NCBI GenBank assembly: GCA_013298595.1
Contig: JAAFIG010000016.1
Coordinates: 10,338 to 74,337, forward strand
Direction of reading: 5' to 3'
Length of the DNA: 64,000 nt
Source of the DNA: Deinococcales bacterium
Lineage (GTDB): Bacteria > Deinococcota > Deinococci > Deinococcales > JAAFIG01
Below the pieces are notes generated by a model. The model saw nothing but the letters and a program-made list of their open reading frames with translations. It was not told the DNA's origin and did not search any database. Positions 8,671 through 17,114 of this stretch are shown here, one piece after another. The translations under genes and the position numbers were made by a program. Positions within the stretch are counted from its first letter, which is position 1, and each line of letters begins with the position of its first letter.

Positions 8671-11337
8671 TTACAATCTGGTAATGATGGCTTGTAACTC
8701 GTCTGTCTCGAGTTGATAGACAATGCCGTGATGTAAAAACGTTAAGCGCACTTCTGGCAGAATATTTCTGGCTTGGCGGATCGCTTCTTGGTAAATGGCG
8801 AGTTGGCGATAATACGCTCTGGCACGTTGTGGTAATTGCTCGAGTGGAATATCATCGGTTTTATAATCCTCGAGTATCCAAGTACCATCTGGCTGTTGAT
8901 AAAAACGATCTATGATGCCTTGCCAAGTGGTTTGTTGGTGCACAAAAGCAAATGGCAGTTCGGCGTTGTCTTCAAAACGGCTGGTACGGTCTGGGTAAAG
9001 TGTTTCGTATTGGGTTAAGTACCAAAGTGCTTGCTGCACCATGATGGCACGTTCGGTTTCGGTGTACGGATGCAGTACGTACTGCGCGGCGAGAATACGT
9101 TGATGCTGAACATCTTGGCTCGAGAAATTCTCGGCAATGGCATAATGTGCCAGTGTACCGATAACCCGTTCGGCTTCTGGGATACCACTGGGGTCGGCTT
9201 CGGGTAAACCTTCGCGCAGTTCGTCTGGTAGGTGTTCTTCGTTGGCTTCGGGCGAGCGAGTTGGTGCTCGAACACTGGGCTGATGGCGTTTAAACACAGC
9301 TTTGGCTAAGGTTTCGTTACGTTCAAGCGGTATAAAAGCCGTACTTTCTGAATTTTGCCCAAGAGGAGTGCTTTCGTCTTCGTGATAGGTGTTTAACTCG
9401 AGGTAAGGTAAGTTTGACCAACCAATTTTCTCAAGGGTCGCTAACCAACCTCGAGCTGTGCCTGTGCTGGAACCTGTGAGAATTAACACATCTTTGGCTC
9501 GAGTTAAGGCAACATATAAAAGCCTATTGGCTTCGCCGTCTCGTCGAGCATTCCAGTGTTTTTGGATACTAAAATACCGCCCCGTACCACGCCAAGCAAT
9601 TTCACCATTTGGATGAATAACAATATTCTCACCTGTGTTGCGTTCACCTCGAGCCAAGTCAAAGACTGCACAAACAGGAAATTCCAAGCCTTTAGAAGCA
9701 TGAATGGTTAAAATCCGCACCGCATCTTCACCTTCAAGTGGTTCGTCACCTTCGGCTTCGCCTAGTCTGGCTCGTTCAAGAAAAAGCAGTGCCGCACGTG
9801 GGTCTCGTGCACCTCGAGCTGCCAGTTGATACAACAAACCATCTAAATTGGCATAGCTTTGCGCTTCCTTAGTCAGGTTTGTCCCAAGGTGCATCCAAGC
9901 TGCCTCGAGTAAACCTAAGGCATCTGTAGCACTATGAATCACCTCGAGTAACGCGGTTAAAGGCGCAAAGTCTGGGTTTTGCAAAGCTCGGCGGATATCG
10001 CCAGCAAATAATTGTTCGATACTCTCGAGTGATAGATTAATACTTGGTAAACGAGCAAGAGCGGCTAGAATATCAGGCGCAAAAGGCTGCATCTTGGCAC
10101 GTAAACACAGCATGGCATCACGGATTTCGCGGCGGTCGTAATAGCGTTGCCCACTGCCAACCAAAAACGGGATTTGCATGGCACGTAAACTTGGCTCGAG
10201 TTGTGCTAACGAACCTCGAGTTCGTAACAGCACTGCCATGTCACGCCAAGCGTATCCTTGACGATGCAATGCCGATAATCTTTGTCCAAGAATTCTGGCT
10301 TCGGTCGCCCGCCCTAACTCGAGGTTACTGGCTTCGACAAAGTGCATTTCAGCACTTGATGGGGCTTTTACTCTGCCGCTTTGCACGGCTGCGGGCAAAC
10401 CTTGCTCGGTAAATTCTGGAAACAACGCTTCAGCTAGGCTCGAGTACAAAGCGGCTAATTGCTGCCCATGACGATACGTGGTGGTTAACGGCTCGAGTTG
10501 CTTAGCTTGGCTGTACATCTGCAAAAATGCACTGACATCAGCATCGCGGAAAGCATAAATACTTTGTTTGGCATCACCCACAAAGACAATTCGCTCGAGG
10601 TTAAGGTTGGTAAAAACTTTGGCTTGTAATGGGTTGACATCCTGGAATTCATCGACCAATAACAAGGTAAAACGCTGCTTTACTCGAGACAAAACACTGG
10701 GTTGTTGCAGTAAATCCAAAGTGCGAAGTTCGACATCGGTACTCGAGAGTGCCATACCAGCTAATCGCGCTTGGTACATGGTCTCGGCAGCCGTAAAAGC
10801 TTCAAGCAAAGCTGTATCTTCGCCCGAAAATGGTGCGTAAACCCGTTTTTCAAAAAGCATCTCGAGGGCTTCAAGGGCTTCTTCCCAGCCGTGTTCAGCT
10901 AATAACTTATCGCCTGCACCACTGGTTAAAGCCGCTCGAGCTAACACACTCGAGGCGGCGGCTTTGAATAAATCCTTAGCTTCGGTTTCGTCTAAATTTG
11001 TAAATTCGGGGTCAAGCGCTAAAGCTGGCGCGTTTAATCGTAACAACACCCGAAAAAACCCGTGAATGGTCGAAATCACACTCGAATCAAGTTCGCGCAA
11101 CGCCCGTTCAAAAGGCTCTGGGGTGTGCATTACCACATCTAAGTACCGCCCAGTCTCGAGCAATTGCAATAGCCCCGCCCGCAAACGCTGACGCAAATCT
11201 CGAGCCGAAGCCCGAGTAAAAGTCACTGCTGCAATTCGCCGCGCTGGTATGGTTTTTAATGCCTCAAGATACAACTGCACTAAACTGGTGGTTTTACCTG
11301 TGCCAGCCGAAGCTGCCCGAATCTCGAGTAAACTCAT
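8671..11337 (-). CDS. addA: ATP-dependent helicase/nuclease subunit A-like (UvrD-type helicase + PD-(D/E)XK nuclease)
   Basis: Walker A ASAGTGKTT, DEFQD box, C-terminal nuclease motif (DRFYQ...LEDYKTD). Start set to ATG 11337, which forms an ATGA overlap with the addB stop. The longest ORF reaches 11370. Confidence 0.85.
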   Translation of the reverse strand: MSLLEIRAASAGTGKTTSLVQLYLEALKTIPARRIAAVTFTRASARDLRQRLRAGLLQLLETGRYLDVVMHTPEPFERALRELDSSVISTIHGFFRVLLRLNAPALALDPEFTNLDETEAKDLFKAAASSVLARAALTSGAGDKLLAEHGWEEALEALEMLFEKRVYAPFSGEDTALLEAFTAAETMYQARLAGMALSSTDVELRTLDLLQQPSVLSRVKQRFTLLLVDEFQDVNPLQAKVFTNLNLERIVFVGDAKQSIYAFRDADVSAFLQMYSQAKQLEPLTTTYRHGQQLAALYSSLAEALFPEFTEQGLPAAVQSGRVKAPSSAEMHFVEASNLELGRATEARILGQRLSALHRQGYAWRDMAVLLRTRGSLAQLEPSLRAMQIPFLVGSGQRYYDRREIRDAMLCLRAKMQPFAPDILAALARLPSINLSLESIEQLFAGDIRRALQNPDFAPLTALLEVIHSATDALGLLEAAWMHLGTNLTKEAQSYANLDGLLYQLAARGARDPRAALLFLERARLGEAEGDEPLEGEDAVRILTIHASKGLEFPVCAVFDLARGERNTGENIVIHPNGEIAWRGTGRYFSIQKHWNARRDGEANRLLYVALTRAKDVLILTGSSTGTARGWLATLEKIGWSNLPYLELNTYHEDESTPLGQNSESTAFIPLERNETLAKAVFKRHQPSVRAPTRSPEANEEHLPDELREGLPEADPSGIPEAERVIGTLAHYAIAENFSSQDVQHQRILAAQYVLHPYTETERAIMVQQALWYLTQYETLYPDRTSRFEDNAELPFAFVHQQTTWQGIIDRFYQQPDGTWILEDYKTDDIPLEQLPQRARAYYRQLAIYQEAIRQARNILPEVRLTFLHHGIVYQLETDELQAIITRL

Positions 11338-13835
11338 GTTACTTCCCGACATAAATCTTGATAAGTGCAACTACGACAATAAAAACCTGTTGTGGCTCGC
11401 ACCACACCCCGCTCGAGGTCGTTGCGACTACGCTCGAGCACAGCCCGAGATTCAAGTAATCGTTTCTGGCTTTTTTCTGCCCCTGGGTTCATCACATTCT
11501 TGGTACGCCCCTCGTTATCTATGGCACAAAAAGCAACACGCAAACCACTTTGCATGGCAATATCAGCAAACCACCACTCGCGGTGACGCTCGGAATCACG
11601 AAAAGCTTCAAAAGCAGATTCGATATCCTCGAGTTTACGGTAAACCTCGAGTAATTTGGCATTACCATTGCTATCATTACGGCGAATCATACCGTCTAAA
11701 ACAAATTCAATACCCTGCGAAGTGCGCTTAAAAACTTGCATCTCGAGTGGATTACCAGCAGGCTCAAACGATTCAAGTAACGCCATAAAATTGGGGTCAA
11801 AGCGCTCGAGGTTGGCTTGCAAACTTTGTGGAGCACGTTGTAACAATGTTTCTTCGGAAACACTGCGGCGCAAATTTTTTAAGGTCAGGCTAGGCAATAA
11901 ACTATTGGTACTTTCTCGAGGCATAAGCCGTGTTGCCCATGCCCGCAAACCACACCGTGCCACAGCCTCGAGTTCAGTTGCAGCAAATGGTGCTGTTCGC
12001 GGTTCAACTTTAAAAACAGCACTTTGCACAGGACTCGAACCAAGATTTTGTGTATGGGCTAACTCGAGTAAACCAGCCGTTATCCGTAACTCGGGTTCTA
12101 TTGGCACACCAAGCCGAGCTAACCGAGGATGTGGCGCAAGACTCGAGCCTCGTTCGGCACGTGGAAAGGAAATAATCAGTTCTTCATCGGCTCGAGTGAC
12201 AACATCGTACAAAGCAGCATCGGCTAAACCATTCATCCGTAAAGGCAAGGCAGCGGCTGTACCTTGCAGCACTTGCTCGAGAGCAACCCGATCATCTTCA
12301 GGAATAAAAAAATCTTCGGACTCGAGATTCTGATACGCCCCTTCGGTCACACCAAGTACCAAAACCTTAGCAAAACGCCGCCCACTGACCTCGGCAGGTG
12401 TTAAAACTGCTACCCCTCGAGCAGCATCAGGATGTGGTAATGCAGCTGCTGAAAGTAAGGTTCTCACCCATTCAGCAAATTGCAAACCACTTGAATCCTG
12501 CCCAGAAGCCACCAATAACCGTGCCGCTTCTCGAGCCATCACTCGGGCACTTGGCAACCAAGCAGCCAGCGGCACAATACGCTCGAGTAAAATTTCAAAC
12601 CACTGCACCAAAACAGTGGGATCAGCAAATTCAGGTGGTGTACACAAAATCCGCAGATCATCAAGCACTGCCCAAGCGAACAGTAAATCATCAGTTTCAA
12701 GTAGTACACGGTACGCACTCGAACCACCTTGCAAACCACGTTTATCTAAGGCATCAGCAAGGCGTTCTAAGTCTGGGAACACGGCAGCTAAAACCCGCAA
12801 TTCAGGTGCAGCAAAATCCCGAGCTGCCACCAATAACGCCGCCTCGAGCACCCGACCCAAAGATGATTCCAATAAACCACCAAGCGACTCAGGCGCGAGC
12901 GGCACTTGATACTCTCGAGCCAATGCCTCAAGCACTCGTGCCGACACATGATTCGGCACAACCAACGCCACACTTCGTGCCGAAACACCCTCGAGTAACC
13001 AAGCCTTGACCTGCCGCAATGCCGCTCGAGCCTCAGAAACAGGATTGGCACTAGCTCGCACCCGCACCACACGAGGCAAACCTGCCCACGGCTTGCCCAG
13101 ACTTGGTAAACGCTCGAGTTTTGCCCCAAGTGCTTTTTGTATCTCGAGCAAATCAGGCACACGTACCAAATGCGCCCATGATTCCTTGGCGGTATCGGGT
13201 GCTCCAGAAGGCAAGGTCAGCAGTGTTGAATCAGCGCAAGTTGCCAATGCCCGAATCGCTGCAAATTCCGAAGCATTCAAAGACCGATACCCATCCACCA
13301 CAAAATGCGCTCCTAATGGTAATGGCTGTCGCAACAATAATTCTGCCGCCCGAAGACGTACATCATCTAAATCTTGTAAATCCTCAGACTCGAGTAAACC
13401 CTGATAAGCCACAAAGACTCGAGCCAGCACATTGCCATACTCATCTGTAAACACCTGAGGCACAAACAATGCCCGTTTACACTCCGCAATTGCTTGGGCA
13501 TACAACCGCGCCTCGCCGACTAGCGCCGCACGTCCTAACACCATCTCAAGCGCTCGAGCTGTCAAAGCCACCCGACCAGGATTCAGCACCACCGCTTTAT
13601 TTGACCCCAAACGATCCAACATGCGATACGACAAATTCTGCAAATTTGTCACCTCAACACCCAAACTAGCACCCAACCCAGCCAAACCCTCGAGCCAAAA
13701 ACCTCGTTGGCTTGGCAACGTCAGCACAATCACACGTTCAAACAACTCAACTTTCTCGAGCGCAAAACGCCACGCAGCCCGAGTTTTCCCGCTACGCGCA
13801 GCACCCACCAACAACCGCACCGACATACGCGACAC
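11334..13835 (-). CDS. addB: helicase/nuclease subunit B-like (PD-(D/E)XK nuclease with C-terminal Cys cluster)
   Basis: Walker A GAARSGKT. C-terminal CxxCx5C (CRSCTYQDLC), as in the Fe-S cluster of AddB. Lies immediately upstream of addA and appears translationally coupled to it. Confidence 0.8.
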   Translation of the reverse strand: MSRMSVRLLVGAARSGKTRAAWRFALEKVELFERVIVLTLPSQRGFWLEGLAGLGASLGVEVTNLQNLSYRMLDRLGSNKAVVLNPGRVALTARALEMVLGRAALVGEARLYAQAIAECKRALFVPQVFTDEYGNVLARVFVAYQGLLESEDLQDLDDVRLRAAELLLRQPLPLGAHFVVDGYRSLNASEFAAIRALATCADSTLLTLPSGAPDTAKESWAHLVRVPDLLEIQKALGAKLERLPSLGKPWAGLPRVVRVRASANPVSEARAALRQVKAWLLEGVSARSVALVVPNHVSARVLEALAREYQVPLAPESLGGLLESSLGRVLEAALLVAARDFAAPELRVLAAVFPDLERLADALDKRGLQGGSSAYRVLLETDDLLFAWAVLDDLRILCTPPEFADPTVLVQWFEILLERIVPLAAWLPSARVMAREAARLLVASGQDSSGLQFAEWVRTLLSAAALPHPDAARGVAVLTPAEVSGRRFAKVLVLGVTEGAYQNLESEDFFIPEDDRVALEQVLQGTAAALPLRMNGLADAALYDVVTRADEELIISFPRAERGSSLAPHPRLARLGVPIEPELRITAGLLELAHTQNLGSSPVQSAVFKVEPRTAPFAATELEAVARCGLRAWATRLMPRESTNSLLPSLTLKNLRRSVSEETLLQRAPQSLQANLERFDPNFMALLESFEPAGNPLEMQVFKRTSQGIEFVLDGMIRRNDSNGNAKLLEVYRKLEDIESAFEAFRDSERHREWWFADIAMQSGLRVAFCAIDNEGRTKNVMNPGAEKSQKRLLESRAVLERSRNDLERGVVRATTGFYCRSCTYQDLCREVT

Positions 13836-13993
13836 GATAACACTCGAGACCGACTATGGGGTTGCCTACCTCGAACAAAGCCTTATGGTTTTAGGCACCC
13901 ATCTCGAGCAAAACTTTACTAATGCTACAAATTAGGGGTTTCAAAAACAATGTTCCAAATCGAGGGGAATGACACTTTAAAAGCTAACAAATG

Positions 13994-14024
13994 AACCTCA
14001 ATATACTTTGGTGACATTGAGGTT
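13994..14024 (-). terminator. possible terminator hairpin downstream of the PLA2 gene
   Basis: AACCTCAAT (13994-14002) pairs with ATTGAGGTT (14016-14024): a 9-bp stem with a 13-nt loop. Only a weak T-run follows on the minus strand. Confidence 0.35.
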
Positions 14025-14036
14025 TAAAGAAATTCA

Positions 14037-14408
14037 CTAAAATGTTTGTGTGTTACCGTAAAACGCACTCGAGCCAAAGTTACGAACAGCTCCATAAAAA
14101 ATTAAGGCATCACCTTTGCAAGCCACTTTTAATGGTGCTTGATACCATTTACTCCAACGCCGATCACAACGCAAATACATATTCGATAAGAAACGTTCAT
14201 CTATGCTTTTTCGCACTGTTTCATTCCGACCAGCCGCGTATCTCGAGACATTACGATAGCCAAAGTCGTGTTGACGGCAAGCAGTGTCATCAAAAATCAC
14301 AGGTGGTGTTGGACCTGAGCAACCATCATCAGACCAATCTGGACCAGCGGTTTGACGATAATAACTCGAGAGATACGTTTCGTAATTAATACTAGTTGCA
14401 ACAAACAA
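14037..14408 (-). CDS. prokaryotic secreted-type phospholipase A2 domain (no signal peptide of its own; probably frameshifted from the upstream ORF)
   Basis: DWSDDGCS...ACRQHDFGYRN...C...C...YGAVRNFG matches Streptomyces-type PLA2 (HD catalytic dyad, conserved Cys). The ORF begins at TTG 14408. Confidence 0.7.
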   Translation of the reverse strand: MFVATSINYETYLSSYYRQTAGPDWSDDGCSGPTPPVIFDDTACRQHDFGYRNVSRYAAGRNETVRKSIDERFLSNMYLRCDRRWSKWYQAPLKVACKGDALIFYGAVRNFGSSAFYGNTQTF

Positions 14409-14652
14409 ATGTATCTGCGTAATTAGGGTAACGAATCGTGGTTTGCAATTGCAATTGCGAGGCTGTTACCTCGAGATTGGCATTAACTTCGGCACCAAGT
14501 GCTTCGATTTGTGCTTCTGATAAAGCCTTGATTTGCTCATCACTCAAGTTTGGAATATCCTCGAGTGATGTATTGATTGGTGCTTGGATACTGGTACAAC
14601 CAACAAATGCTGTCAGTGCTAATGCCGCAAACCCCGCAATCAATTTTTTCAT
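14392..14652 (-). CDS. lipoprotein signal peptide + linker ORF (likely the N-terminal part of the PLA2 gene)
   Basis: MKKLIAGFAALALTAFVGC (lipobox) followed by an acidic Ala/Gln-rich linker. It ends at TAG 14394..14392, 17 nt inside the PLA2 ORF, which is in the +1 frame. Confidence 0.5.
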   Translation of the reverse strand: MKKLIAGFAALALTAFVGCTSIQAPINTSLEDIPNLSDEQIKALSEAQIEALGAEVNANLEVTASQLQLQTTIRYPNYADTFVCCN

Positions 14653-14694
14653 AATGTATGTTACTCGTTTTTGGTCAGGGGTATATCAGGAATT

Positions 14695-14720
14695 AAAAAA
14701 ACCTGCCCTAAAGCAGGTTT
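14695..14720 (-). terminator. rho-independent terminator of tRNA-Pro
   Basis: AAACCTGC (14699-14706) pairs with GCAGGTTT (14713-14720). On the minus strand the stem is followed by a U-run, encoded by the A-run at 14695-14700. Confidence 0.55.
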
Positions 14721-14725
14721 TCTTG

Positions 14726-14802
14726 TGGTCGGGGACGAGGGATTTGAACCCCCGACCCTTTGGTCCCAAACCAAATGCGCTACCAGACTGCGCTAGTCCC
14801 CG
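14726..14802 (-). tRNA. tRNA-Pro (anticodon UGG), CCA encoded
   Basis: Reverse complement CGGGGAC-TA-GCGC-AGTCTGGTA-GCGC-A-TTTGG-TTTGGGA-CCAAA-GGGTC-GGGGG-TTCAAAT-CCCTC-GTCCCCG-A-CCA folds as a canonical 77-nt cloverleaf with anticodon TGG. Confidence 0.95.
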
Positions 14803-14939
14803 AACTGAGTACAACTTGGGATGCCATCTCTGGCGGCGAGGAGTATACACAACCTTTTGCATTATGGCAACCCCCAATGAATGTGATTTGTCACATTCGC
14901 ATTTTTCACCTATTATTTTGATAATTGGTGACTAAAATT

Positions 14940-15296
14940 ATGCGTCTCAAGTTTTACAAGAAAATACGCAGAATTTGTTTAGAATCCGAATTGGGATTCC
15001 GAAAAGTGTATGTCCTGATTGGATTTATTGTATTAACTTCATGTGATTTTACACCTCGTAGATACCCACCATTTTATGTTATGCCTCAAACAGCAACTAT
15101 TTTGGTTTCTGAGACACTGACCTTGATTCCTTCCTATTCGATGGATCTCGTAACAGATTGGGTATCAGATAATCCAGAGGTTGCAACAGTCAAAAATGGA
15201 GTTGTGACAGGAATATCAACTGGGAAAGCTGAAATTCAGGCTTTTATTGGCACAACCTCAACTAGCCCATCAAAAATCACTGTCTTAGCAAAATGA
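14940..15296 (+). CDS. Big_2 (bacterial Ig-like) domain lipoprotein
   Basis: Hydrophobic N-terminus ending in LTSC, then a Big_2-like pattern (TLTLIPS...WVSDNPEVATVKNGVVTGISTGKAEIQA). Start is ATG 14940 or TTG 14925. Confidence 0.6.
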   Translation: MRLKFYKKIRRICLESELGFRKVYVLIGFIVLTSCDFTPRRYPPFYVMPQTATILVSETLTLIPSYSMDLVTDWVSDNPEVATVKNGVVTGISTGKAEIQAFIGTTSTSPSKITVLAK

Positions 15297-15340
15297 ATTG
15301 GTGATAAATACCCTCATCAATCTCGAGGTACACTAAGTTC

Positions 15341-16402
15341 GTGAGTTTACGAGTGACCCCTGTGACCGACCCCCTCGAGTGGGATGCCCTTGTTCAGCGT
15401 TTTGCGTTTCATAGTGCATTGCAAGGTTGGGGGTTTGGCGAAGCACGACGTGTCACAGCTTGGACTCCGCATCGGCTTAAACTCGAGCGTGACGGTGTGG
15501 TCTTTGCAGCTGCCCAAGTTTTACGGCGTTCACAATACGGGCTTGGGTATTTGTACTGCCCTCGAGGTCCTGCTCTCAATTCACTCGAGGATTTACAAGA
15601 TGTAGCGACTGCCTTAAAGTCTTGGGCAAAAATCACTGATGTCAGCTTAAAAATCGAACCTTGTGTCCCTGTTGCCTCGAGCGGCGACCCGAGTGTCATG
15701 CCCGAACAACTTGGCGTTTGGACAATTGCTGAAACCATTCAACCCGCTCATACTGTGTTAATTGATCTCGAGGCAACCGAGGAAACGCGTTTAGCCAGTA
15801 TGCACCAAATGGCTAAACGCAACACCAAGCAGAGTATCAAAGAAGGTGTGATTGCCGAACCAGACGATGATTTCGAGGCATTCTGGGCTTTGTTTAGCGA
15901 AACCAATACGCGTTCAAAATTGTTGCAGCGCTCAAGAACCTATTACGAAGCAATGTTCCGCGAATGCGCGAAGTACGGCGGTGAAGCCAGAATTATCAAT
16001 GCACGTTGGAATGGTAAGCCACTAGCAACTTGTTTTGTGATTGGACTTGGTAACGAACTGTGTTACTTATACGGCGGTAGCATCCGCGCTGAACGCGAAG
16101 AAGGTCAACGCGACCCAAAAGCCCCGAACGGTGCCTACTGGGGCATGATTCGATTTGGACTCTCGAGAAATTATAAAACCTTAGATTTGTACGGCATTCC
16201 TAAACGCATAGACGAAAGCACTGCCGAAAAAATTAGCAATGGTGTCTACGAATTTAAAATGCGGCTCGGTGGTGAAATGGCGTACTTTCCTGCGTATGAA
16301 ATTGCCCTTAATCCACTCTCGAGTGCAGTTAACACCGCTTTGCGCTGGCGGCGTAAAGCCATGAATCGCAAAGCTCGAGGTTCGGACGACGATGTTTTAT
16401 GA
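15341..16402 (+). CDS. FemAB-family peptidoglycan interpeptide-bridge aminoacyltransferase
   Basis: 353 aa with a GTG start. FemX/FemAB-like sequence pattern over the whole length (N-terminal WD..V....HS.LQ.WGFGE, C-terminal LYGG...R). Confidence 0.8.
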   Translation: MSLRVTPVTDPLEWDALVQRFAFHSALQGWGFGEARRVTAWTPHRLKLERDGVVFAAAQVLRRSQYGLGYLYCPRGPALNSLEDLQDVATALKSWAKITDVSLKIEPCVPVASSGDPSVMPEQLGVWTIAETIQPAHTVLIDLEATEETRLASMHQMAKRNTKQSIKEGVIAEPDDDFEAFWALFSETNTRSKLLQRSRTYYEAMFRECAKYGGEARIINARWNGKPLATCFVIGLGNELCYLYGGSIRAEREEGQRDPKAPNGAYWGMIRFGLSRNYKTLDLYGIPKRIDESTAEKISNGVYEFKMRLGGEMAYFPAYEIALNPLSSAVNTALRWRRKAMNRKARGSDDDVL

Positions 16403-16891
16403 TTCTGTGGGTGGGAAAGCATCCAAAGTCCCTGAACTTGACCAAGCATGATATTGCACTGGCATGATTAACGAATGCTTTGTTTTTACATCTGGGTTGG
16501 TACAAATAAATGGACACCCCAATTGCTTTGCTAAAGCTAAATACTCTGAATCAAAAAGGTTTTGTGTTTCAAACAAGCAATCCAGAATATCGTCTGTGGT
16601 TGGGAAATGCCATTCCCACGATGTTGATAGCACTGATTGAGCCAACGCTTTACAATCTGGTAAATCAAAAAATCCTTGTTGTTGCAATTGAAAGGCAAAC
16701 AACGTGATTTCTGAGTAAAACACCATTGGTTGATGAAGTTCTGCACCATGAAATGCTGCACGACTCAAGAAAGCATTGCAGGCTGAGGCTTGACTTTGAA
16801 TTTCTGGCGTTAAAATTTCGGGAGGTAAGGCTCCATATACAGCAACACTTGGAGAAATCACATAATGCCGATGGATAAATTCTGGGTTCAT
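16397..16891 (-). CDS. PIN-domain protein (VapC-like), first catalytic Asp apparently replaced
   Basis: LHQPMVFYSEITLFAF and FDSEYLALAKQLGCPFICTNPD match PIN blocks (LxaPxLxxxE and D..YlalA..lg.PlvT.D). The N-terminal block reads VISPSVAV where VLDxSxxx is expected. Confidence 0.5.
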   Translation of the reverse strand: MNPEFIHRHYVISPSVAVYGALPPEILTPEIQSQASACNAFLSRAAFHGAELHQPMVFYSEITLFAFQLQQQGFFDLPDCKALAQSVLSTSWEWHFPTTDDILDCLFETQNLFDSEYLALAKQLGCPFICTNPDVKTKHSLIMPVQYHAWSSSGTLDAFPPTES

Positions 16892-17028
16892 TTACTTTCA
16901 CGAATTTGCTTAAATATCTCTTCTGGATTCAATAAACCCACCTTGAGGGGTTTTAATTGTGGGGGTTTAATACCTGTAAAAACTCGAGGTTTTGGCGATT
17001 CTACATTTTGGTTTTTGATGCTGTTCAT
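16888..17028 (-). CDS. small ORF (46 aa), antitoxin-like position
   Basis: Manual translation gives MNSIKNQNVESPKPRVFTGIKPPQLKPLKVGLLNPEEIFKQIRESK. Its TGA stop overlaps the ATG of the PIN gene (ATGA at 16891..16888). No family recognised. Confidence 0.35.
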   Translation of the reverse strand: MNSIKNQNVESPKPRVFTGIKPPQLKPLKVGLLNPEEIFKQIRESK

Positions 17029-17114
17029 ATTCAAATTGTAGAACGAGTCGTTGAATTTGACAATCACTGCTGCATCTTGCCTCCAATCAGGTTAAATTCG
17101 GTAGGCTGTACCTT

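Noticed and set aside
11392-13935. Plus-strand ORFs opposite addB (e.g. 11656..12333, 12398..13009, 12616..12909, 13006..13404, 13103..13450)
   Set aside because: They are antisense to a long gene with recognisable Walker A and nuclease motifs. The products are low-complexity (Ser/Ala/Arg/Pro/Gln-rich) with no motifs.
14566-15321. Genomic island integrated at tRNA-Pro
   Set aside because: There is no integrase and no direct repeat of the tRNA 3' end nearby, and the flank holds only one small lipoprotein gene. The lack of CTCGAG alone is within chance expectation.
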